43,894 nucleotides of DNA from positions 1 to 43,894 of the IMG/VR virus record IMGVR_UViG_3300030330_000362; one strand, written 5' to 3'. This document shows, in pieces, positions 1 through 9,400 of this stretch. Under the pieces are notes generated by a model that saw only the letters and a list, made by a program, of their open reading frames with translations, made no database searches and had not been told where the DNA came from. The first letter of the stretch is position 1. The number at the start of each line of letters is the position of its first letter. The position numbers were made by a program, and so were the translations under genes. This DNA is from a virus (lineage: Duplodnaviria; Caudoviricetes).

Positions 1-187
1 TTTGTCTTTGTCGTTTGACAATGTTTTCTAAATAGCTCTGATACAATACCATCGCCAAAGTTGCTCTCGATGAGCAGCGTAGACACGCCATATTTCTTAC
101 ATTTCTTGAGTATTGTTAGTAAAGTTTTATCACTATATCCGTCTTTGGTTGCAAACACTTCATGTAGGTATATTATACCGTTAAGTT
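1..187. repeat. Terminal overlap copy 1 (circular permutation)
   Basis: Matches 43708..43894 except at positions 21, 96 and 108. Confidence 0.97.
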
Positions 188-1280
188 GGCTAAGAAAACA
201 TGCGGTTGTCTCATCAGCACCTCGTCCGCTGGGATCGACGCTGCAGATGGTTTCGGAATACTCAGTCCACTTCCCTTGTACTTGCATAGGTTTGTAATAA
301 TAATCCCCAGGAAGACCAACGCAAGGCAGATCTTTAAGAATGTTATCAGGGTCTGAGCACCAAATAATGTTTTCGGGGCCATGTGTAGGGTTAACAGGGT
401 TAACTATTAGGTCTGCAAATTTAAGTGGGAACTTTTCTCTGTCTGACAGTGTAGTGTCTAACATAAACTGCAGCATAAAGTTTGACCTACCCATAGAAGA
501 CTCACGTTCTAGCAAATCCTCTTCCTTAAATCTGGTGTCTGTAGGTCTCCACGCCAAGTCATCTGTATCTAGGTCGTCTGCTAGCTGGGGTGCTAACAAA
601 CCATCATACATTGCAACCTTACGTGGGTACCTTGCGGGCCACACAAACGGTCTATAGCTTCTTTCTCTTAGTTTGTTGTAAATAGTAAAGGTAGTCTGTG
701 GTGTGCCTAGAAACATAATACGTGAGTCTTTTTTAGGTGTAAGTATAGATTCACATTCTGTAACTAGCTGTAACAGTTTACCCCGTTGGAGCTCCGTCAT
801 GGAGTTATTAGGTACTTCTACATCATCTAGTACCATTAGGTCTGCACGGCTACCAGTCAACTGACCAGTAATACCTACAGACTTAACGCTAGGTGCTTGG
901 TGAGGGGTTGCTGGCCCCACATCAAACGATATACGTGACCATCTTTGGTCGTCGTTTTTGGGTTTCAGGTGTGCCAACCAAGGCACCTCTAGGATTAATC
1001 TTTGACAGAAGATTGAGAATGAGTCTGCTCTATCCTTAGAAGCAGAGACGACCATAACTTTTCTATCAGGGTCAATGAATAAAGTCCAAAGAACAAATGC
1101 AGCAGTAATCCAAGACTTACCCACACCCCTAAACGCTTGTATTTGGAGTCTTTTAGGGCCATGTTGTAAATATTCAGCAATACATAGTTGTGCTCTTGTA
1201 GGAGCTGGTAGGTTTAAGTGTGTCCATATAGCAGTCAGAAAATATCTAAAATCGGACTTTAATTCTTGTTCTATGTCCAT
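1..1280 (-). CDS. terL: Terminase large subunit (T7 gp19-like), N-terminal part; continues across the contig junction
   Basis: Read manually from ATG 1280: MDIEQELKSDFRYFLTAIW...QAFRGVGKSWITAAF (Walker A)...VVSASKDRA. Open to position 1 and in frame with 43260..43865 through the terminal overlap (about 575 aa in total). Confidence 0.95.
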   Translation of the reverse strand, partial: MDIEQELKSDFRYFLTAIWTHLNLPAPTRAQLCIAEYLQHGPKRLQIQAFRGVGKSWITAAFVLWTLFIDPDRKVMVVSASKDRADSFSIFCQRLILEVPWLAHLKPKNDDQRWSRISFDVGPATPHQAPSVKSVGITGQLTGSRADLMVLDDVEVPNNSMTELQRGKLLQLVTECESILTPKKDSRIMFLGTPQTTFTIYNKLRERSYRPFVWPARYPRKVAMYDGLLAPQLADDLDTDDLAWRPTDTRFKEEDLLERESSMGRSNFMLQFMLDTTLSDREKFPLKFADLIVNPVNPTHGPENIIWCSDPDNILKDLPCVGLPGDYYYKPMQVQGKWTEYSETICSVDPSGRGADETTACFLSQLNGIIYLHEVFATKDGYSDKTLLTILKKCKKYGVSTLLIESNFGDGIVSELFRKHCQTTKT

Positions 1281-1305
1281 TGTTATAGATTGTATGTAAT
1301 ACACG

Positions 1306-1332
1306 CTAGAGGCCCTTTGTAGGGCCTTCTAG
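1306..1332. promoter_or_regulatory. Intergenic hairpin upstream of terL (possible RNase III or translational control element)
   Basis: CTAGA-GGCCCT-ttgt-AGGGCC-t-TCTAG inverted repeat in the HNH-terL gap. Confidence 0.4.
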
Positions 1333-1345
1333 GTGCCTTAGAGGA

Positions 1346-1675
1346 TCATCTGATCCACTGTAGTATTAAGTTTTCTCGAATAGGGTTTGGGGGAAAGTTA
1401 TCCCTAAACCATTCTAACCAGTCATGGCTTCCTTTGTTTTGATTACACTTGACGCAGGCTGGTACGCAGTTCCTAGACATGTGACTACCGCCAGCACATC
1501 TGGGGCGTACATGGTCAATGGTAAGATCATGTTCGCAATGTTTTGTTCCACAATAGATACATTCATAATTGTTTGCCTCCTTGATAGCGTGTCTCCACAT
1601 ACGTTTTGCTTCGGATGAGGTCATGGCTATTAAGTTTTGTGTGTAATGTTTATAACTAGGAAGTACTGGTGTCAT
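1346..1675 (-). CDS. HNH endonuclease
   Basis: CIYCG...LTIDHVRPRCAGG...NCVPACVKCNQNKG HNH signature. Confidence 0.92.
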   Translation of the reverse strand: MTPVLPSYKHYTQNLIAMTSSEAKRMWRHAIKEANNYECIYCGTKHCEHDLTIDHVRPRCAGGSHMSRNCVPACVKCNQNKGSHDWLEWFRDNFPPNPIRENLILQWIR

Positions 1676-1941
1676 TTTTTACCACGGTTTCTTGCTCTGT
1701 TTTTAGATGGGTCTTCACGGACTAATCTTCCTGACTTAGTGTGTGAAAAATCCTTTCCGCCCTTACCTTCCGCCCCTGCCTTTCGTCTTGCTCGTTTGAG
1801 CTCAACTCTATACGCAATCGCTGACTTAGTCTTGTTACGTTGTCTTTGGGCGGCATTTTTTTTGGCCCGTGATTTGGGGTTGTCCCTGTAGTTTCTGGCA
1901 CTTTTTTTAAGTTTGTTACGTGGTAGTTTTTTAGGAGCCAT
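1672..1941 (-). CDS. Basic hypothetical protein with degenerate HNH-like C-terminus
   Basis: K/R-rich; GKDFSH...NRARN motif; ATGA-coupled to the HNH gene. Confidence 0.7.
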   Translation of the reverse strand: MAPKKLPRNKLKKSARNYRDNPKSRAKKNAAQRQRNKTKSAIAYRVELKRARRKAGAEGKGGKDFSHTKSGRLVREDPSKNRARNRGKK

Positions 1942-2194
1942 TTTTAATTATCGCATTTTGTACAGTGTCAAAATCGACAGTCGGCATAATGTCTGCTAAC
2001 TGAGACAAGGGTGACGTATCAAACGCCACACCTGTAATGTCGTTTTTGTATAACCAGTCAGCGGCAACTTTAAGGTCAGCTGTAGTAGCCTCGCCACTAC
2101 GTACCCTTGCAGTAAGCTCTTGGGTTATTAGTTTATGTAGTTCATTAAACTCATCCTCGCCAGCTCTGCGGGGTATGCGTTTTACATCACTCAC
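1931..2194 (-). CDS. Terminase small subunit (T7 gp18-like)
   Basis: 87 aa, FNELHKLIT...SGEATTADLKVAADWLYKNDIT; position upstream of terL. Confidence 0.75.
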   Translation of the reverse strand: MSDVKRIPRRAGEDEFNELHKLITQELTARVRSGEATTADLKVAADWLYKNDITGVAFDTSPLSQLADIMPTVDFDTVQNAIIKNGS

Positions 2195-2363
2195 TTATAA
2201 CCACCTTTGGAGGGAATAGACCACGTTTGATAAACTCTACAGCCTTATCATCTAGGTCGTTGTCACTTTCTTTAGCTAATCTTTCTAACAAATCAACTAC
2301 AAATAACTTAAATTTCTCACTTTTTAAAAAAGTTAAAACGATTGGTTTTAGTAGTGCTAGCAT
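2187..2363 (-). CDS. Small conserved cyanophage protein (58 aa; not in ORF track)
   Basis: MLALLKPIVLTFLKSEKFKLFVVDLLERLAKESDNDLDDKAVEFIKRGLF..., with an (S/T)DNxxDD motif; fills the gap. Confidence 0.75.
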   Translation of the reverse strand: MLALLKPIVLTFLKSEKFKLFVVDLLERLAKESDNDLDDKAVEFIKRGLFPPKVVISE

Positions 2364-2883
2364 CTTCTTTTGGTAATAATGATTGTATTGGTACTATGTC
2401 TTGGCACATGTGGTAAACACGTGTTCCTGGGCGGATAGTAAAGCCCCTTTGCTGCAATTCTGCACATTTTAGTGCACGTACAAGCTCAAAGTCTAATTGC
2501 ATCTTTTCTTCCTGACGTTTAGCTATGCGTCTACATTGTTCTAGACCACGCTTGTCAAGAGGTATCATAAAATTAACTTGAAAGCCCCAGTTTTCACTAA
2601 TTACGTACCCTTCGGGGTCGTATGGTGAGGTATCATTACCCATATAAAAGGGGCTAAAAGTCATTGTTGACCCGTTACAGGATATGCTAGGGCCGTATTG
2701 CTGTCTAGACGGTGCACCATTGTTCTGAAATTGCACTGCCTGATTGGTAACATTTCCCGTAGCTGCGGCCACGGGGTTAGAAGTATTGTTTGTCTCACCT
2801 TCAGCGTATGCTGGAGTTACTGTGAGAATACAGAAAGCGAGGTAGTAGTAGAGTTTATGGTATAGTTTGTTGTTGTATCCCAT
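2317..2883 (-). CDS. Conserved cyanophage protein with signal peptide
   Basis: Hydrophobic N-terminus ending AYA-E; NTSNPVAAATGNVTNQAVQFQN; several Cys. Start uncertain. Confidence 0.7.
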   Translation of the reverse strand: MGYNNKLYHKLYYYLAFCILTVTPAYAEGETNNTSNPVAAATGNVTNQAVQFQNNGAPSRQQYGPSISCNGSTMTFSPFYMGNDTSPYDPEGYVISENWGFQVNFMIPLDKRGLEQCRRIAKRQEEKMQLDFELVRALKCAELQQRGFTIRPGTRVYHMCQDIVPIQSLLPKEDASTTKTNRFNFFKK

Positions 2884-3170
2884 TGCTCGATTAACCCAGC
2901 TGATCTTGAGGTTGTTTCTAGTGTCCAAGGTAACGATGTATCAGTAACTGTGAATGTTGTACCACTCCCAGATATATCTGCAGACGGTGTTACGTTAGAT
3001 CCAGACCAAGTGTTCGTGGCCGCCCCAAAAACTTGCTTTTGCGTCACTTCTGTTATAGTCTGAGTGGTGGTTGTAGTAGCGTTCATACTACCTTGTGTAA
3101 ACTGCGGTGTCACGGTGTTTGCACTAGCAGCTGCTGGTATCAACAATGCTAGTAGTAGAAATTTTTTCAT
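2817..3170 (-). CDS. Conserved cyanophage Thr-rich protein with signal peptide
   Basis: MKKFLLLALLIPAAASA signal peptide followed by TPQFTQGSM. Confidence 0.75.
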   Translation of the reverse strand: MKKFLLLALLIPAAASANTVTPQFTQGSMNATTTTTQTITEVTQKQVFGAATNTWSGSNVTPSADISGSGTTFTVTDTSLPWTLETTSRSAGLIEQWDTTTNYTINSTTTSLSVFSQ

Positions 3171-3463
3171 TTGATTATTTTTTGACATTCAGAGCATTTT
3201 AACTCTCCTTTGCCATTACCGTTTTTTCCGTTTGATGTAGACAAACCAAAACTAGCTATACCGCCAGCAAAAATTGAAGCTACGAAAGTTATATCCGCAG
3301 CACTTGACGACTTTTTAAGCATTGGTACATCTACATAGTTTAATGTTATTATAAATCCGCTCCACACTACAACGCCTAGTCTTACTATTGTAGACACAAT
3401 TTCCATGCGTTCTTCGTGTGTATCACATCCATCCATTAAACCTTTTTTCTTTTTTTCTTCCAT
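3167..3463 (-). CDS. Two-TM membrane protein (holin-like candidate)
   Basis: Two hydrophobic segments (IVRLGVVVWSGFIITLNY; ITFVASIFAGGIASFGL) with charged ends. Confidence 0.6.
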   Translation of the reverse strand: MEEKKKKGLMDGCDTHEERMEIVSTIVRLGVVVWSGFIITLNYVDVPMLKKSSSAADITFVASIFAGGIASFGLSTSNGKNGNGKGELKCSECQKIIK

Positions 3464-3810
3464 TTGTCAATCTTACCTTGTAAGAATTTTTGAACACGTT
3501 TTTTTATAAGATCAAAAAAAGGTTGAGCCAGTGTTGTGGTAGCCACAGCTGCCACCGCTGTAGTTACAGCCGTAACCATAACTTCAGGCGATGGGACTGG
3601 CATTTGGACATCTATAATAGGTATGTCTAGTTTTCTTTGCTCTGGTTGTTCTTTTTTGGTTTCCGCTGATTGAGTCCCCTCTGGTCTGCGAAGATCGCTC
3701 GGAGGTATAATAAGCGGCTTGTAAGATGGTACATCAGCTGTTGGTAAAGGTATGGATATAGTTTGTATCTGATCTATACTGGGGATTGAGATGCTTGGTA
3801 TGTTGTCCAT
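3436..3810 (-). CDS. Pro-rich membrane-anchored hypothetical protein
   Basis: Pro-rich N-terminus, VMVTAVTTAVAAVATT segment, basic C-terminus. Confidence 0.7.
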   Translation of the reverse strand: MDNIPSISIPSIDQIQTISIPLPTADVPSYKPLIIPPSDLRRPEGTQSAETKKEQPEQRKLDIPIIDVQMPVPSPEVMVTAVTTAVAAVATTTLAQPFFDLIKKRVQKFLQGKIDKWKKKRKKV

Positions 3811-4028
3811 GCGTCTTTTACCTCTTTTGTCCAAACTGCATTGCATATAGCTGTAACGTCAGTAGGCTGACCGTCTAAGCTTGAGTCTGGGTGTAGTACA
3901 TATCTTTCAAAAGATCTTGTAAGTTCAACACCATCTTTTTTAATGACTGTTGCTTTACGGACTTGCACCGCTTTGTATATTCCGACAACTTCTATTTTGT
4001 CGTATTCGATTGACTCTGTAAGTGCCAT
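3774..4028 (-). CDS. Conserved small protein typically found downstream of tail fibres
   Basis: MALTESIEYDKIEVVG...QVRKATVIKKDGVELTRSFERYVL; GGAGA RBS upstream. Confidence 0.8.
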   Translation of the reverse strand: MALTESIEYDKIEVVGIYKAVQVRKATVIKKDGVELTRSFERYVLHPDSSLDGQPTDVTAICNAVWTKEVKDAWTTYQASQSPV

Positions 4029-4089
4029 TAGGATTAATCTCCGATTAAAACAGGTTTATGGCTTAGTTTTAAGACATAGCTTCGGTCTA

Positions 4090-5724
4090 TTATGTAGATG
4101 TTTCGTAAACCATAGTTATTATCATTTCTCCATTATATCCATTGCCTACATTGTGCATATCTTGATAACTAAAAGTAGACGTAGTGCCATCTTGTCTATG
4201 AAAATAAATATAGTTATTATTTTGATAAACTAAAGGTAATAAAGGATAAGAATAATTAGAATTTTTCATATATCCTATAAAACCACCGCCATGATAATTA
4301 TTTTGAGAGGCATTAAAGGGTAATCCATGAATCTCAAAAGTGTTATTATTATTACTAAAATTCCCTAAAATTCTAATGTAGCAATATGCAGTAACTAATC
4401 TACCTATTTTAGTATAACTTGAACGATAATTTGTAAGTGAAAATCCTTGCGAAAATGATGGAGTCCAAGTGCCTTCTTCATAGTCGTCAAGCTCATTAGC
4501 AGCATTATTACCGCCTAACCTAATACCACCATTTATGTTTACACCTGTGCTTATAGTAGAAAGTTTACCTGACGTTCCATAAAATAAATCTACATGACTT
4601 CCAGAAGCAATAATTCTATTACTACCAGCAGCAGATCTTATAGCAACATCATTACCTTGTATAAATAAATATCCCGTGGAGTTTTCAATGTATGAGTTTC
4701 CTCCAGAATGTGTTAAAGAAAGATCATTACTTGCACCTATTTTTAAATAAGCATCCTGATTAATTTCTATATTGCCACCAACAAGAGCAGCACCATTAAC
4801 TGTTATTCCTGAACTGGAAGTTTCAAGTTTTTTTGAATTATCATGGTATAGCTCTACTGATCCGTCAGTATTTGCGACAATCATAGCCTCGGTATTGTCT
4901 CTCATAAGATCTATTCCAGTACCGTTAGAATATAATTTTAATCTTCCAGTTCCAGAATCATAAATCGTAGAGTCTGTCCCATTGTGATAAATTTGTAAAT
5001 CTGAGCCAGCTCCTAATTTTATGCGGTTATTCGACGCTCCACTACTATCTTCTAATGTAATATTGTTACCATTACTTGCTAAGTCACCGCCTAGCTGTGG
5101 ACTTGTATCTTCAACAAGATTATTTATACTGGCAGGCACAGTTATAGTTTCAAAGGTAGGATCTGCTCCGTTGTTTGCACGTAGGAACTTACCATTGTTA
5201 GATGATGTGCCATGTTCTAGTTTAGCTAATGTTACTGCTTCGTCAGCAAGTTTAGCTGTAGTAATACTACCGTCATCTGGTACACTACTTGCAAGTCCGT
5301 TTGTTTGTATAGCATTACCCATAAAACCATGAGCACTGCATTGATAGTACAGGATTGTAGGTGTAGCATCACCTGTGACAATCTGTGTGTAAGCACCGCT
5401 AGAACCAGCAGTGCCGTTTGTTGTTACGTTTGTAGTATAAGCTGTAACCTTAGCTGCATCTTTGTAAAAACGTAGTGGGTGTCCACTGTTACTGCCATCT
5501 GCTTGGTCAAATTTGTAGGTAATTCCTGGCGTTAGTACAATAAATGGAGCAAACTTACCATCTATTTTATAACCGTTGCTAGAACCTTGACCGTTGTATC
5601 TATGAGTAGAATCTTTAGATGCAACAGTTACCGTAAAGACTATAGTAGATCCAGTATATAAATTTTGTATTGGTTCGAGAATGGTAGGTTGTATCCCACC
5701 ATTGCTCACTTGTGTTTGTCCCAT
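4090..5724 (-). CDS. Second tail fibre / receptor-binding protein with N-terminal cupredoxin-like domain
   Basis: HPLRF...YYQCSAHGFMG; ITTAKLAD repeat; DTSPQLGG; LDDYEEGTWTP...YTKIGRLV C-terminal fibre module. Confidence 0.8.
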   Translation of the reverse strand: MGQTQVSNGGIQPTILEPIQNLYTGSTIVFTVTVASKDSTHRYNGQGSSNGYKIDGKFAPFIVLTPGITYKFDQADGSNSGHPLRFYKDAAKVTAYTTNVTTNGTAGSSGAYTQIVTGDATPTILYYQCSAHGFMGNAIQTNGLASSVPDDGSITTAKLADEAVTLAKLEHGTSSNNGKFLRANNGADPTFETITVPASINNLVEDTSPQLGGDLASNGNNITLEDSSGASNNRIKLGAGSDLQIYHNGTDSTIYDSGTGRLKLYSNGTGIDLMRDNTEAMIVANTDGSVELYHDNSKKLETSSSGITVNGAALVGGNIEINQDAYLKIGASNDLSLTHSGGNSYIENSTGYLFIQGNDVAIRSAAGSNRIIASGSHVDLFYGTSGKLSTISTGVNINGGIRLGGNNAANELDDYEEGTWTPSFSQGFSLTNYRSSYTKIGRLVTAYCYIRILGNFSNNNNTFEIHGLPFNASQNNYHGGGFIGYMKNSNYSYPLLPLVYQNNNYIYFHRQDGTTSTFSYQDMHNVGNGYNGEMIITMVYETST

Positions 5725-5726
5725 AA

Positions 5727-6014
5727 TTATTCTGGTTTAGGATACTTTTTCTTAACAGGATCGACTATATCTGTTTTCCACTTATCTATACCATGATGGT
5801 AGATGTAATCAAGTTGAGTACCCCAATCTGGGTATTCTGCTTTTCTTTGTATTTGATAATTTAATTTATCAAGTTCTACTCTCGCTGCATCTATTAAAGA
5901 TTGGTTAAGAGTAATTGGATTTCCAGAAGCATCAAATACACCTCTATCATCATCAATGGTTACAGCATTTGAATATGCTTTATAAATTGCTTCAAAATCT
6001 AAATTTAAACTCAT
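5727..6014 (-). CDS. Tail-fibre-associated / assembly protein
   Basis: YQIQRKAEYP...QLDYIYH...W...VKKKYPKP motif common next to marine phage fibres. Confidence 0.7.
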   Translation of the reverse strand: MSLNLDFEAIYKAYSNAVTIDDDRGVFDASGNPITLNQSLIDAARVELDKLNYQIQRKAEYPDWGTQLDYIYHHGIDKWKTDIVDPVKKKYPKPE

Positions 6015-6475
6015 GGTTCGTACTCTATTAATATCATTGCACAGAAGCCTCTATGGTTATTACCTCCACCTCTGTTTAAAAACACTTCGTTTGATTCAGC
6101 TTTTACTTGGTATTTGTAAGTTACAGAAGAGGTAGTATTAGGACTATCTGTAAAAAGATGGACAAATGTATTTACATGGTAGGCATTAGGCATACGGATA
6201 GATTGATCCACCTCAGATATGTTTGTACTTCCTCTTAGTACTCTTGCCTTGTTGTTTTGACCATCCTGACCAGCACCAGCGTTAAGAGAAGTAATAATTA
6301 AAATTTTATTACTTGATGAAGAAGGAGTTATTGAGCAACTAAAACCACAGTCTACATAACTTGTAGAAGTTGTTGCAAACTTACTTGTTCTTGTACTTCT
6401 AACTATTTGTTTTATTTTTGAACCTAAACCTGTAGCAGTAGAAATGTTTGTACTATCACCAAAATGTATAGTCAT
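6011..6475 (-). CDS. Tail-fibre-associated protein
   Basis: KIKQIV...SITPSSSSNKILI...DSPNTTSSVTYKYQ motif; coupled to the fibre gene. Confidence 0.7.
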   Translation of the reverse strand: MTIHFGDSTNISTATGLGSKIKQIVRSTRTSKFATTSTSYVDCGFSCSITPSSSSNKILIITSLNAGAGQDGQNNKARVLRGSTNISEVDQSIRMPNAYHVNTFVHLFTDSPNTTSSVTYKYQVKAESNEVFLNRGGGNNHRGFCAMILIEYEP

Positions 6476-9400
6476 TATGATACCTCCGTTAAATTAAATT
6501 TGTACTTCTTACCAGAACGGTTATTCTTTAAGAACAAGTCTGATTCTCCTTCCTGTATTGTCCAGTCACCCCATGTACCATCAACGTCATTAGACGAGCC
6601 TTCGTTAGATAAGTTAAGGTCATTCGTGTAAACGTTTCTCCAACGTTTTGATGAAGTACCTAAATCATAAGTATTATTAGAATTTGGTTTAAGATGACCA
6701 CTCTCATCTATAATAGTTCTTTGTGTTGCATTAGTACTAAAAACTATAGAAACGTTAGATGCTGGAGAGTCAGTTTTAATATGTAAATTACCAGAACTAT
6801 CATGGCCAATAGATGCATGATCGCCACCAGCACCATCACCATTAGAAGCACCATCTAAAGTTAGATATGCACCACTACCGTTAGTAGATCCTATTAGTGT
6901 AATAACCTCACCAGATTTTTGTATATTTGCTCCATAAGACTTTGTCTCAAACCTTTTACTGTTGTCGTAATAGAGTTCTACGGATCCGTCACCATTACAG
7001 ACAATCATATTTTCAGAGCCATGTTCTATCCAAATATTACTATCGCTACTTATTCTTAAATTACCTGTACCAGCATCTTTAATATAAGAGTGGCTTCCAT
7101 CGTGAAAAACTTCCAGATCTCCACCACTACCAAAGACAGCTTTAGCACCATCATCAAAAATTAAACGGTCATGGGAAGTATCCCACTTCGCGTTTCTACC
7201 TGATGTTGTTCCTGTAAATAACGCATCACCTGATGCTGTTGAAGTAAATCCATCTGTAGTAAGCGATCCTGTTACAGTAGCTCCCGTATTTGTTGTCTCA
7301 AACTTTTTATTTGCTGAGTAATATAGCTCTGCTGTTCCGTTTTTTGTAAACGTTGCTAGTGTTTCACTATTATCTTGACTTTTTAAATATACACTATCAG
7401 CCAAGCTAAAAAGTGTACCAGTATTATTTTGAATTACAGCATGAGTTCCGTTGTGACTGATTGATAAATCTGCTGAATTACCAAAACGAGCAGCTTGGTT
7501 ATCATCAAAATCAATTCTAAAACCATTAGTATCTAAATTTCCGCCTAGTTGTGGTGATGTGTCACCGACTAGATCTGTGTTAACTGTGTTACCAGATGCT
7601 GCTGTAATACGTCCCTGTGCATCAACAGTAATAGAAGGTATAGAAGTTGATGAACCATAACTACCAGCAGTTACAGACGTGTTAGCGAGCTTTGCAGCAG
7701 TCACTGCGTCATCTGCAAGTCTAGCAGTAGTAACTGCACTAGCTGCTATCTTAGCTGTAGTAACTGCATCATTATCTAGTTTGGTTGTATTAACTGCACC
7801 GTCTTGTATTTTAGCTGTCGTTACGTTTGCGTCTACAATCTTTGCAGTTGTAACTGATCCGTTTTGTAGTATTGCACTTGTAACTGTGTTGTTACTTGGT
7901 GTGCCTATACCTACGGATGATCCGATGGTAATGATGAAAAAATCAGCACCAGTAGGAGGAGCGGAACTAAATATAATGTTATTACCACTGACAGCAAATC
8001 CTTCACTTGGAACTGAGGTTCCAGAATTAGGTTTCTGAATGACTCCGTTAAGACTGACGAGGAGTTGAGCTGCGAACTGAGGAGGGTTAGATAAAGCAAA
8101 TTTCTGAGCTGTGCCGTTGAATGTTGCACTACCACCTGGGGGGTTATCACTACCAGATCCAGTGCTAGATAAAGTGTTTATAAAAAAGTTACCAGTAGAT
8201 GTTACCTCTTCCCACGCTGTCGTAGTAGAGTTGTACACCATTAACTTGTTGTTAGTTGTGTCAAACCACAAGTCACCGCTATCTAGTGAAGATGTAGGTG
8301 CAGAGGCTGATACTCTATATCTGTTAGAAAATGAGTTGACCGTAGCACTAATAGCTTGTATGTCAGCTGCACTAGCTAATTGTTTATGGAATGTGTAAGT
8401 ATGCAGTGTTGAGGTTGTCTGAACCTGTAAACCACTGTTTGCTGGTAATGTCTGACTATGTAATGAGCTAGGAAAACCAGTTATAGTTACAGTGTTACCA
8501 GATCCAGCACCGTTAGATATAGTTGCTACACCGCTGCTATTGACTGCAAGACCGCTTGCAAGCTGTGATATAGATACAACTGTACCAGCATTGTTGCTAG
8601 GATCAGGGTTAGCTGTAGGAAAGCTAGTTTCGTTTGCTATAGCTACAAAACCACCAAGGGCGTTTGTTACAGACAATACAAGGTCGTTTACTGCTTTTGA
8701 TGTAGGTATGCGTGTATCACTGTTTGTAGTAACAGAGGTTTCTAGTGTTATACCGTCAAGCTGGTTTAGTTCTGCTGTAGAAGCTGTAAGAGCTGTACCA
8801 CTTGCTAGGTTTGATGCAGTTGTTGATTGCATACCAGCTAATGTTGTTAGCTCACCGTCAGCTATCTTGTCAGTTGTGACTGCGTTGCTTGCTATTTTAG
8901 CAGACGTGACCGAGTTACTTGCTAAATCTCCAGCTACTATAGTTCCGTCAGCTATTTTAGCAGATGTAATTTGACTATCAGCAATGTGTGCTGTATCAAT
9001 ACTACCATCTACGTAATGTTCAGAATCTATTGAGTTGTCTGCAATCTTAGCATTTGTGACTGCATCTGCTGCTATCTTAGCTGTTGTAACGGCATTGTCT
9101 TGTATCTTAACCGTTGTTACAGCGTTGCTAGATAGTTGATTTGCTCCAACATTACCATCTGCAATTTTAGCAGCTGTTACAGCATCGTCCGCTAATTTAA
9201 CAGTTGTGACGTTAGCATCGTTAATATTAGTTGTAGATACTGAATTATTACCAAATTTAGCACTTGTTACGGCTCCGTCAGCTATTTTGTCTGTGGTTAC
9301 AGAGTTATTAGCTAAATCAGCTGTAGCAATCGTACCATCTACAATATGTGATGATGTTACAAAGTTTTTAGTTATAGAACCGCCTTCAAACAAGGCCCCT

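Noticed and set aside
1-187. Terminal overlap as the biological T7-type direct terminal repeat
   Set aside because: It lies mid-terL, so it reflects circular permutation of the contig. Real termini are expected in 42096..43259.
4090-4700. Variable, Asn/Tyr-rich fibre tip suggesting a diversity-generating retroelement target
   Set aside because: No reverse transcriptase and no template-repeat copy visible.
8860-9330. ~30-bp periodic repeats that could suggest a CRISPR array
   Set aside because: Degenerate coding repeats of a 10-aa fibre motif; no identical repeats with unique spacers and no cas genes.
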